A DNA stretch of 64,000 nt from a virus. Lineage: Duplodnaviria; Caudoviricetes. The stretch is from the IMG/VR virus record IMGVR_UViG_3300010965_000001, positions 32,001 through 96,000 of that record; one strand, written 5' to 3'. The position numbers and the translations under genes are program-made. Positions 37,532 to 46,349 of this stretch are shown here, in pieces; position 1 is the stretch's first letter; every line of letters starts with the position of its first letter. A model generated the notes under the pieces. The model was not told the DNA's origin, searched no databases, and worked only from the letters and a program-made list of their open reading frames with translations.

Positions 37532-37982
37532 AAATTTCGTTTTCTATGATTTTATATTCCTTTTCCTGAAGTCCATACTTCCGCACGATTTCTAACAACG
37601 CTTCTTTGGATTCAGATGATTTCATATAAATATCATAATACTCTTTGATTTGCGCCTCTCCCAACTCAAAATGGCGTTTTAATATATCTAATACTTGCTG
37701 ATTATATTTTTTTTCAGTCGAAGGTTTGACATATTTCAAGAATATTTTCCGTTTTGGTATAATTTCATCATACACCTTATGCGTCCCACCCTGTTTCAAC
37801 TGTTGAGAATACTTCTGCATCTCATTGACAGTCTCAATCCACAGTGGATTCATAGACAGAAAACGATGTATCATAAACACACTATATGTCTTCTTATCAT
37901 CATCTGATAATGACTCATAATAGTTTGGGTCTGATACAGTCGTTATCTGTCCTATGTGGTCGAATAATGTTTTACGTTTCAC
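37494..37982 (-). CDS. clamp-loader small subunit (T4 gp62-like)
   Basis: LFDHI, FMIHRFLSM, IPKRKIFLKYVK; likely GTG start coupled to upstream TGA. Confidence 0.7.
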   Translation of the reverse strand: MKRKTLFDHIGQITTVSDPNYYESLSDDDKKTYSVFMIHRFLSMNPLWIETVNEMQKYSQQLKQGGTHKVYDEIIPKRKIFLKYVKPSTEKKYNQQVLDILKRHFELGEAQIKEYYDIYMKSSESKEALLEIVRKYGLQEKEYKIIENEIYGIKASKTRRST

Positions 37983-38083
37983 TTCGGTCCCCAAGTTGAA
38001 ATTACCATCAATATAACAAGTATCACACAAGTAATTGCCGCTATCCTATCTTGATTGCGATTCACGAACTGTTTGACTATCAT
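37979..38083 (-). CDS. 34-aa single-TM peptide (not in ORF track)
   Basis: MIVKQFVNRNQDRIAAITCVILVILMVISTWGPK*; ATGA overlap at start, GTGA overlap at end. Confidence 0.6.
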   Translation of the reverse strand: MIVKQFVNRNQDRIAAITCVILVILMVISTWGPK

Positions 38084-38313
38084 TTTTCCCCCATGTTGTT
38101 AGTTATCCATTCACGAACTTCTGCGATTCGTGTTTCGACATCTTGCATTTCATCTTCCAATCTCACTGCGTTGTTAAATTCGGCAGGGAAGTCTGGATGA
38201 TAGTTTGTGATACCAAATCGTTTAATCTTCATCAACACTTGAATAACTTCTGCACATTCTTCTGCAAGACAGTCAAACGGGTCACCTATGTGTTTATATA
38301 GTTTGTTACTCAT
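38080..38313 (-). CDS. MazG-like nucleotide pyrophosphohydrolase
   Basis: LAEECAEVIQ ... K..RFG ... LEDEMQD. Confidence 0.65.
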   Translation of the reverse strand: MSNKLYKHIGDPFDCLAEECAEVIQVLMKIKRFGITNYHPDFPAEFNNAVRLEDEMQDVETRIAEVREWITNNMGEK

Positions 38314-38507
38314 TTCGTCTCCGTTGAAGGTTTAGAGTATCCGTCGGGAGCCCACCCTTGACCTTTAAGATAAAAGTTAGAATGTGGAAACTTCCGCGTC
38401 ATTAATTTTCTACATGAAGGACACAACACCTGCTCATCCTTGTCTTTGACTAAGCAGGTGTCTTCTTCGTGTCCACACGTATCGCATTTGTAGTCGAATA
38501 GTGGCAT
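38310..38507 (-). CDS. FmdB-family zinc-ribbon protein
   Basis: MPLFDYKCDTCG ... CPSC ... F.LKGQGW. Confidence 0.85.
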   Translation of the reverse strand: MPLFDYKCDTCGHEEDTCLVKDKDEQVLCPSCRKLMTRKFPHSNFYLKGQGWAPDGYSKPSTETK

Positions 38508-38508
38508 A

Positions 38509-38940
38509 TTAGAGTATGATTAAGTTGCTTTTCAGTGGGGGAACATCTTCATCGGTCAGGTCTGGTGCATCTTCACCTACCAATTCTTCCACCTGTGCGG
38601 GATGTTCTTCGTCTTCAAATGGAAATTCAGGTTCTACTTCGGGGTCAGGTGCTACAAATTCATCCGTTGCCAAGTCTTCATCACGAACGTCTGCGATGAA
38701 ATCAAGATTGTCACCAGGGGAAGGAAGAAGTGTTCCACACGCTACACAGGTAAAAATCTGAATAGGTGCCATTGTCTCTTTACCCGATGGTGATATAAGT
38801 GCCGACACACGTTTAATAACGAACGATGAATTGAAGGTGAAGTTGTTACATGCGATACAACGCATTGTAGGTAACTGTGCGGCGTTCATCTTTGGTGCCG
38901 CCTGTGGTGCGTGATTGTGGTTCATTTTTCCGTTGCTCAT
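38509..38940 (-). CDS. conserved phage zinc-binding protein with acidic tail
   Basis: CIAC ... SALISPSG ... CVACG. Confidence 0.7.
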   Translation of the reverse strand: MSNGKMNHNHAPQAAPKMNAAQLPTMRCIACNNFTFNSSFVIKRVSALISPSGKETMAPIQIFTCVACGTLLPSPGDNLDFIADVRDEDLATDEFVAPDPEVEPEFPFEDEEHPAQVEELVGEDAPDLTDEDVPPLKSNLIIL

Positions 38941-38942
38941 TG

Positions 38943-39872
38943 TTATCCTCTTTTTATTTCGTTAAGTATTTTAATTATCATTGCCATTACGTGAATTTCT
39001 TTGTCGATTGCAAATGTGTCTGTCGCCTGATGCTCAGCGATGAGTAACATCGTCTGTGCGATATGTCCCTTTGCAAAATTGTCTACTTCATCATATAAAA
39101 ATCTATACAAATCAGTGTAATCTCTTACTTCATAATCTGTCAGTAGTTGACGGATTGCTTTGAATGCGTCTGCCTTCGAACCATCCTTCAAATGTTCTAA
39201 CAACTGTAACTTGTAATCTTGATTGATTATAGCCTGTTTATCAAGTTTTAATTGACCGCCGATTACCTGTTGCTGTGCGTAATTGATACACTTACGAATG
39301 TCGGGATATGTTGAAGTAACGATTGTTGCTACATCCTCTTTTGTATATGTGACATCCTCCGCCACAAGAATATTTGCAAGTCTTACTGCAATATCTCTCT
39401 TAGAGGGTGGCTTCACATTGAACACTTGACATCGACTCTGTATGGGTTCGATGATTCGTTCTACGAAGTTACACGTTAAGATAAACCGTGTAGTCTTGGA
39501 ATATGTTTCCATGATATTTCTGAGTGCCGACTGTCCAGCAGGAGTTAATCCATCCGATTCATCCAAGATAACCAGTTTGAATGTCTTGAAGGATACAGAA
39601 CTTGCAAACTCCTTAACAGTATCTCTAATGAAGTCAATCCCATTGGTGTCAGACGCGTTGATATACAGATAGTCACAATCGGTATTGTTGCCGATGATTT
39701 TGGCAAGACTTGTCTTACCTGTTCCAGCAGACCCAAATAGAAGGATATGTGGAATATCATTTGCATCGATACACCGTTGCATCTTCTCTTTTATATCATC
39801 GTTTCCTATGAAGTCTTTCAACGTCTTAGGACGATACTTCTCTACCCATATTTGATGTTCGTTATTGTCCAT
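38943..39872 (-). CDS. clamp-loader large subunit (T4 gp44 / RFC-like AAA+)
   Basis: WVEKYRP, GSAGTGKT, ILDESD, SRC motif. Confidence 0.95.
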   Translation of the reverse strand: MDNNEHQIWVEKYRPKTLKDFIGNDDIKEKMQRCIDANDIPHILLFGSAGTGKTSLAKIIGNNTDCDYLYINASDTNGIDFIRDTVKEFASSVSFKTFKLVILDESDGLTPAGQSALRNIMETYSKTTRFILTCNFVERIIEPIQSRCQVFNVKPPSKRDIAVRLANILVAEDVTYTKEDVATIVTSTYPDIRKCINYAQQQVIGGQLKLDKQAIINQDYKLQLLEHLKDGSKADAFKAIRQLLTDYEVRDYTDLYRFLYDEVDNFAKGHIAQTMLLIAEHQATDTFAIDKEIHVMAMIIKILNEIKRG

Positions 39873-40137
39873 CTTCTATTAATCCTAATTTAGTTGCGGT
39901 GTTTTTAATTTTAAGTATACAGGTTTTGTATGCTTCCATGTCAGGAACACATTGCGTTGCCCAATAAATTTCAATTGGTGTCGGTAACCCGATGCTATTA
40001 TTCATATTAGCATCAAATTGCAGTCGAGTATCATATCCCGATTGCCAAGAATCTGCACATTGTTTATGCCAAGAAGAATTAAATCCTGTCTTATGATACC
40101 AACGTATCGGTCGTTTACATCCTTCACATGTTATCAT
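39862..40137 (-). CDS. hypothetical protein
   Basis: CEGC ... HKQC; coupled to neighbours. Confidence 0.55.
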   Translation of the reverse strand: MITCEGCKRPIRWYHKTGFNSSWHKQCADSWQSGYDTRLQFDANMNNSIGLPTPIEIYWATQCVPDMEAYKTCILKIKNTATKLGLIEDGQ

Positions 40138-40859
40138 TATGCGTTCACGTCCTGTTTAGATACCAAGAAATAGGTTGCTTTAAAATCGTCAACGTTGAAT
40201 GTAATTCTCATTAGACCCTTCGAACTGACTTCAATCTTACCAATCTTCGCATCTTTACTTGCGACAAGAACTTCCTTAAGATGTGCGGCTGAAAAATACG
40301 TAACAGCCATCTCATTGAATGTCTTAACGTCAATGTTGATTGCAACTTTGGTGGTATTGATATTGGAATGACCAATGACGAAATTGACTTTATCTTTTTT
40401 GGCGACAACTGCAAATTCCTTAACATCACTCAAAGCATTGGTTGCTTTGACGAAGTTATCAATGAACTTTTCGTCTACCGATAAAACCAAGTCCCATACA
40501 GGAAGGGTTTTGAGGTTTGGAACTTTTGCTATGATTGACATGTCCGACAATACATAGTTTACATCTACGTTTGAATCGGAAATCTGCAACATCACTGCCG
40601 CATCATCTTTCAGCCTAACATCGATGTCGATTGTTTCTCCAACAACGTTCAACAGTGAACGGAGTTTTGATGTTTGATTCACACCAAATTCACTCTCGGG
40701 GAAATTAGACTTCTCACAAGACACATCACCAATGATACTTTTTGTATCATCAACGAACTTGACAGAGAGGACATCATCCTTACAATGCCACACAACTGAT
40801 TCGGCACTTCCGTTCAAAAAGTATTTAGAAATGAATCTGTTTAATTTAGTTTTTTCCAT
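40137..40859 (-). CDS. sliding clamp (T4 gp45-like)
   Basis: 240 aa beta-rich protein between PolB and clamp loader; FSAAHLKEVL, KATYFLV. Confidence 0.8.
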   Translation of the reverse strand: MEKTKLNRFISKYFLNGSAESVVWHCKDDVLSVKFVDDTKSIIGDVSCEKSNFPESEFGVNQTSKLRSLLNVVGETIDIDVRLKDDAAVMLQISDSNVDVNYVLSDMSIIAKVPNLKTLPVWDLVLSVDEKFIDNFVKATNALSDVKEFAVVAKKDKVNFVIGHSNINTTKVAINIDVKTFNEMAVTYFSAAHLKEVLVASKDAKIGKIEVSSKGLMRITFNVDDFKATYFLVSKQDVNA

Positions 40860-41235
40860 CTTGTATCTCCTTTGTTGTAACTGATTGTTGTTGTCTTAAT
40901 AATGTAAAATGTGCGATTGCTTTGTCTATCACTTGTTCCAATGATGGAGCGCTGACGCGTTGTGGTTTCCATTCTCCAGTGCACGGTAACAACCCGTCCT
41001 TCATATGGTAGTATCGTGCCTGTTCCGTATGAAATGTCATTCTCCATACCATATCCCAATTTTCACTTGCTCTTCCCCACGGTTCAAATTCACACATACA
41101 ATCTATAGTATATAATACCGAATCGTGATGTGAGGGTCCGATTAATGAGGAGTAACCACCTAACAAGTTGAGAAGTTCCTCTAACTTTTTTGTTACATCT
41201 GAAGTATATCTTATGATTTGCATATTAGTCTCCAA
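40846..41235 (-). CDS. hypothetical protein
   Basis: 129 aa ORF overlapping polymerase stop. Confidence 0.55.
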   Translation of the reverse strand: METNMQIIRYTSDVTKKLEELLNLLGGYSSLIGPSHHDSVLYTIDCMCEFEPWGRASENWDMVWRMTFHTEQARYYHMKDGLLPCTGEWKPQRVSAPSLEQVIDKAIAHFTLLRQQQSVTTKEIQDGKN

Positions 41236-43759
41236 AGAATTGATTCATAACCTCTTCATTCGGTGAAGGAAGTGTCCACTGCATTGCATCATACAATGCG
41301 TCTAACTTCTTCTCAAATACCGCGTCAAACATTTTCTCATAATTGATATGCGTGCCAATGAAGTCCATAATTTCGTTGGGGTCTTCATAACCTTTGAATG
41401 CGATTGCTTCGATTCCAAACGGATTTTCCGTCAAGTATACCCATCGAACCTTCTCAGCGTTTTCAATCGGTTTGTGTGTTCGTGTCAAGTTATAATACGT
41501 GATTAAGTTGTTATACATGATTGCCGATTTAACTGCGGCAGGTGCTCCCTTTGTATAATTCTTGAATCCATCACTGTTTGACGAAAAGTGTTTCTGATTT
41601 TTTGACTTCAACGTATACTTCTTTACGTTGTTTACAGACGTAGGCTTTGCTACTTGTGACAGAGATAATATACGAATATTTCTCTTAAAAGTCAAGATTT
41701 TATTGTCTATTTCTTTTTTATCTAAGCCCGCCAAGATGTCTGTCAACAATTCCTTCAAAAACGTGCGGAATGCGGGGGGGAAGTCAGAACGAACCGTGTC
41801 GATTCCTGTCACTTCCATCTTATCTACCGTCAAACCGTTGTCGTTAATGGTCTGCATTGCATATCGTTTCTTCGTAAGCCACAATGCCGATTTCCCAACC
41901 TTCTCTTGTTTAGTGTAGAAGTGATGCACCGTTACATTTAAGAATTTCTCACTAAACTTGTTAAGAGAATCATTAATGAACTTCTGAACGTCTGTTGCCA
42001 CTTCAATAACATACTGTGCCATCTTCTCTTCGTCTTTGACGTTGAACGATGGATACCGTGACTTAATGATTGGAAGTGCGGACAGAAACTCAGAGTCAGT
42101 ATCACAATAAATGACATAATCTTCGTCTGTTCCAAGTTCCTTATTATAATAGTAATTTGCAACCTTCTCAGCGTATTTGATAACAGCCTGACCAGTCAAC
42201 GTAGTTGCCATTGCATTGTCAAGGTCGTAAAATCTAAATACAGGCAAACCCAACACTCCATACAGTGAGTTAAGAAGAATCTTCTGAACATGCTGTCGTG
42301 ACTTGAAATAGTTATACAATTTCTTGTCACCTGCGTCACCATACTTTTTCATCATCTTACGATACTCAACACGTTCGTCAAACCACGTTTCAAGGATTGC
42401 GGGAATGATTCCTTTAACCTTCGTGTTATATAAGATACCATTTGAACTAATTGAGAATTTACCTTCGTCTAACAAGGTTTTCAGTTGTGCATTGTCAATC
42501 TTTGACGTTTTGTTTCCAACGTGAAGTGTGTGCGTCTTCTCAACATTCTTTACGTAATCTTCACCACTCCACCCATCGATTTTACCGACTTTCGTCTCAG
42601 GAGAAACATTCAACGTACGGATGATGGACGGATAAAGACTCTGAAAGTCCAAATCGTATACCCACTCATACCGTCCAGGAATTGGTTCCTTAACGTATGC
42701 ACCTTCAAACTTTTCTTCCTTTTCATCGTGTTCACCAGCGATTTTAGTTGGTGCAACCATATTCAACTTCTTCATGTAAACCAACATCGCACCTTCTAAG
42801 AATCGTGACGAATAGAAAATATCTTCGTATGGAACATGACCCTTGTGACATGTACCCATTGCGATTTCAATAATCTTCATCTTATCATCAATCTCTTTGA
42901 CAAGTTCAACGTCATTGATGTTATACTTTAAGAATTTGTGAATGTCTGTCTTATACAAGGTATCCAATGTTCCATCATATTCAATTTTGCCGTGACCCAA
43001 TTCTTTGGTAGAGATTGCATCTAAGTTATAAGTAGGTTCACGTGAAAATGTAAACTTCTTATAAAGTGCCAAATAATCAAGACACGACACACCAGCCAAC
43101 CTATACCGTTCTCTGTAAGGCATCCACTTCACTACACCAATAGGACTAAGAAGGCATGCCGCATCGTTGCCAAGAACTCGTCTGAGTCGATGGAACAGAT
43201 ATGGAATATCGAAATAGTCAATATTCCAACCAGTAAGAACCGTTGGGGATATTTTACTATACATGGTAATGAATTTTGACAAGAGTGCTTCTTCCGTTTT
43301 AATAGGAATGATTTCAATCTTCCCATCATTACTCGGAGATAATGCACCCATTCTGTCAAGGATTAATGCGGTGTATTTGTCTTCTGCGGAGTTGTGAAAC
43401 GAAATAGCGGTGATTTCGTTCAATGCTTCTTTAACGTCAGGCAGACCTTCAACCATCGACACCTCAATGTCGATTATCATAACTTTATGATTGGTTGATA
43501 CTTCATCACTGTCAAGGTAGTTGTCTACCAACACTCTTGTTTCAGGATTTATGTCTGCTTCGTGTACTTTTCCATCTTCTTCATCTTCTTTTGACCAACG
43601 CCCAGTTTTCTTGCACTTCTTGCCCTTTAAGGACATGAATGTGCCACTATCATCATTGATGTAGGCATATCGTTTGAACGGAAACAAGGAATACCCTGCT
43701 TCATCATCCCAAAGATGAACTTCATGCTTTTCACTATCGTAATAAATATTTTGATACAA
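41225..43759 (-). CDS. family B DNA polymerase (T4 gp43-like)
   Basis: Exo I DIE, Exo II GWNIDYFD, Exo III YNINDV, DFQSLYPS, KILLNSLYG, YCDTDS. Confidence 0.97.
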   Translation of the reverse strand: MYQNIYYDSEKHEVHLWDDEAGYSLFPFKRYAYINDDSGTFMSLKGKKCKKTGRWSKEDEEDGKVHEADINPETRVLVDNYLDSDEVSTNHKVMIIDIEVSMVEGLPDVKEALNEITAISFHNSAEDKYTALILDRMGALSPSNDGKIEIIPIKTEEALLSKFITMYSKISPTVLTGWNIDYFDIPYLFHRLRRVLGNDAACLLSPIGVVKWMPYRERYRLAGVSCLDYLALYKKFTFSREPTYNLDAISTKELGHGKIEYDGTLDTLYKTDIHKFLKYNINDVELVKEIDDKMKIIEIAMGTCHKGHVPYEDIFYSSRFLEGAMLVYMKKLNMVAPTKIAGEHDEKEEKFEGAYVKEPIPGRYEWVYDLDFQSLYPSIIRTLNVSPETKVGKIDGWSGEDYVKNVEKTHTLHVGNKTSKIDNAQLKTLLDEGKFSISSNGILYNTKVKGIIPAILETWFDERVEYRKMMKKYGDAGDKKLYNYFKSRQHVQKILLNSLYGVLGLPVFRFYDLDNAMATTLTGQAVIKYAEKVANYYYNKELGTDEDYVIYCDTDSEFLSALPIIKSRYPSFNVKDEEKMAQYVIEVATDVQKFINDSLNKFSEKFLNVTVHHFYTKQEKVGKSALWLTKKRYAMQTINDNGLTVDKMEVTGIDTVRSDFPPAFRTFLKELLTDILAGLDKKEIDNKILTFKRNIRILSLSQVAKPTSVNNVKKYTLKSKNQKHFSSNSDGFKNYTKGAPAAVKSAIMYNNLITYYNLTRTHKPIENAEKVRWVYLTENPFGIEAIAFKGYEDPNEIMDFIGTHINYEKMFDAVFEKKLDALYDAMQWTLPSPNEEVMNQFFGD

Positions 43760-43760
43760 A

Positions 43761-44936
43761 TTATCTACCCACCTGTTCTATGTATTTTGCTTTAGCGTCT
43801 TTCCATGACATACCAATTAAATCGTCATAGAATAATGTTTCGTTTGTGAGTTTACCTTCTGCATGTAGTTTTTCGTATCGTTTGATTGCCTTAACTCTCC
43901 ACCAATCTAACATACCATCAACGTCTTTGGTGTAGCGTTCAGTCAGTTTGAGGTCTTCATAACCGATTTTGTTTTGGAGATATTCTTTTGTGTTTTCGTA
44001 GATTGAACAGAAATATACACCACGCTGATACCCATGTTCGAAGTGTGATTTAATTAGTCCCACCTCCTTAAAAATCATACCAAGTATCCGTTGTTTTACG
44101 CCACTCGCGACTCCGACAGCGTTGTCAGCGTGGTATATGTTTTTATATTCGTCTGCGTACTTTATCTTTACATAATCTAACCAATATCTGTAAACCTTAT
44201 CGTCGGGTTTCACACTGATTTTACCAGCGCTGTTACCACAGTCCTTCCAATATGGAATACTGTTATACATACTATATCCGCCATAAAGACTTGTCGTTGT
44301 AAATCCTACGATTTTATCTTCATATCGGTTTTCCCACTCGTCTCTTACCGCCTTACTCGTAACCAAACATGCCATTAACTTACCACCTAAGAAGTTGTAA
44401 CCGAATGGTTGTGTTGCTACGATACAACTACCAATTGCGGTGTTGTTAATCTTCTTTGCACCGATTTTCTGTTCCTTATTCCATCCAATGTATGCGTCTC
44501 GCACTTTGATACTCATAACATCACTTGCGACATTAAGAATACCGAGATATGCACCTGTTGGTTCATCAACTACCAAAAATTTTAGATTACGTCCGATGTT
44601 TTGGTCGAACACACCTGTTGAGATGAATTGACGTAATGCATTCCAATCTTCAAGGAGCGGTCCATCATCGACAAATACAACTTTTGGTTTCAATGCTTGA
44701 ATCTGTGCGACAGTGCGTTCCTTGTCCATCAAATCAAATGGTTTCCAAATTTTATTCTTTACAAGACGGAGATTTGCAAGTTCTTTGGTGTAATTGAAAT
44801 TTACATCTTCCCACTTCTTATATAACGTGTGTTCCTCCACGGACATAGATTTAAGCAAGTTCATATTATCTACGAACTCCTTAACTCTAATGTCATGGTC
44901 ATCTTCTACATCGAAAAATGTTTCTAAATTTGTCAT
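43761..44936 (-). CDS. DruA / DUF4338-like protein
   Basis: IGRNLKFLV, QPFGYNFLGGKLMA, TTTSLYG, GVKQR. Confidence 0.7.
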   Translation of the reverse strand: MTNLETFFDVEDDHDIRVKEFVDNMNLLKSMSVEEHTLYKKWEDVNFNYTKELANLRLVKNKIWKPFDLMDKERTVAQIQALKPKVVFVDDGPLLEDWNALRQFISTGVFDQNIGRNLKFLVVDEPTGAYLGILNVASDVMSIKVRDAYIGWNKEQKIGAKKINNTAIGSCIVATQPFGYNFLGGKLMACLVTSKAVRDEWENRYEDKIVGFTTTSLYGGYSMYNSIPYWKDCGNSAGKISVKPDDKVYRYWLDYVKIKYADEYKNIYHADNAVGVASGVKQRILGMIFKEVGLIKSHFEHGYQRGVYFCSIYENTKEYLQNKIGYEDLKLTERYTKDVDGMLDWWRVKAIKRYEKLHAEGKLTNETLFYDDLIGMSWKDAKAKYIEQVGR

Positions 44937-44961
44937 AACCTTTTGTCTTTTAGTGTATAAT

Positions 44962-44990
44962 AATATACGAAATTATTTGATTAAAGTCAA
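44962..44990 (-). promoter_or_regulatory. sigma70-like promoter
   Basis: TTGACT-17 nt-TATATT upstream of the DruA-like/PolB unit. Confidence 0.8.
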
Positions 44991-44991
44991 G

Positions 44992-45696
44992 TTATTTCCA
45001 ATAAGAATGGTCGTTTAAGAAAAACTTATAATTCCAAGTGTTTATAATAGTTTTTACAAATAATTTTATCATTCCAAATGTTCCCATTTTCTGTAATCTC
45101 CTATCTGATGTATATATTGCACTATCGTGCATATAAAATTTTCTCCGTGGAATTTTCTTCGAAAGGAAGTAATCTTCTGCATATATCACATTCTCATCAA
45201 ATCCATCAAACGTATCTTTTCTTACCATCATGTACATTCCAGTTGCGTACGGATACCACAAATATTTTGACAATGATTGTAGTTTACTTGATACCCAATA
45301 TATCAATTGTGACATCTTGGATGTAGAATCACAGTATGTATTTGTTGTAGCCATCCAATATTTCCCGCATATGATATGTGTTAAAGTATCGAATATTAAT
45401 CTATGGTCCCTCAACCTAATATCAGAATCCATAAACAATATATATGGAGTTTTTGCTTCTCTCGCCCCATTATTTCTCCCAACAGACGGCAATCCACCCT
45501 CGATTACTCTTATATTGAGATTATACATGCGTTTCATTTGCTCGATGACGGACAGTGTAGTATCCGTGGAGGATGCATCCGCAATTAATATTTCAACATC
45601 TTGTATATCAGATTGTCTATGAATGTCATGTAATATCAATGCTATATTAACTTCTTCATTTTTACACGGTATAACGATAGTCAAAAATTCATTCAT
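44992..45696 (-). CDS. glycosyltransferase family 2
   Basis: IVIPCKNEE, DASSTD, RNNGA, FMDSD, FDE...AED, TSDRR. Confidence 0.88.
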   Translation of the reverse strand: MNEFLTIVIPCKNEEVNIALILHDIHRQSDIQDVEILIADASSTDTTLSVIEQMKRMYNLNIRVIEGGLPSVGRNNGAREAKTPYILFMDSDIRLRDHRLIFDTLTHIICGKYWMATTNTYCDSTSKMSQLIYWVSSKLQSLSKYLWYPYATGMYMMVRKDTFDGFDENVIYAEDYFLSKKIPRRKFYMHDSAIYTSDRRLQKMGTFGMIKLFVKTIINTWNYKFFLNDHSYWK

Positions 45697-46337
45697 TTAA
45701 GTTCCTGTAATGTTAGGTTTCCATTAGAATCTATTTCAATATACGTTTTTAATCCATTTATCCACGCCCCGCTATTTGCATATGGAATATTTGCTTCAGG
45801 TAAATGTGAGTGACCACAGATAATCCAATCGTATTTAGTAAATTTAACCATTGCCAATGCATACGTTTTTGTATTATCTTTAAAAAATTTATCAAGTAAA
45901 CTTGGGATTATGCCATTTTTATCTATTTGTTCTATTCCCTTATAAACCCATTTAAAAAATGTTTCTATCGCAACATTCATCTTATAAAATGGATTCAATG
46001 TATGCCCATGTGTTACTAAAAATGATACACCGTTTTCAGTAACAATATACTTGTCCATAACTGGGATACCAGTTAAATGCGACAACACGTTTAATGTTTC
46101 TGTGTCGTGATTTCCACAAATCCACACGATTTCAAGGTCATTGGATTTCCCTCTAAGGAATGAGACAAGTTCCCACTGTTCCTTTGGAAGACGGTTAAAG
46201 TTCAAATCATCGAACACATCACCGTTTAAGATGATGCGTCCGTAATTTTTCCAATTCAAATTAAGAAAGTCTGCAAGTTGTTTGGCATGCGACCTCACGG
46301 ACCCCAAATGTATATCACTAACAATTAATGTTTTCAT
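45693..46337 (-). CDS. calcineurin-like metallophosphoesterase (LpxH-like)
   Basis: SDIHLG, NGDVFD, GNHD, THGH, CGHSH, NSGAW. Confidence 0.9.
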   Translation of the reverse strand: MKTLIVSDIHLGSVRSHAKQLADFLNLNWKNYGRIILNGDVFDDLNFNRLPKEQWELVSFLRGKSNDLEIVWICGNHDTETLNVLSHLTGIPVMDKYIVTENGVSFLVTHGHTLNPFYKMNVAIETFFKWVYKGIEQIDKNGIIPSLLDKFFKDNTKTYALAMVKFTKYDWIICGHSHLPEANIPYANSGAWINGLKTYIEIDSNGNLTLQELK

Positions 46338-46349
46338 AATATTCTCCGA

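Noticed and set aside
43761-44936. Complete Druantia defence system
   Set aside because: Only a DruA-like gene is present; no DruE or DruB-D
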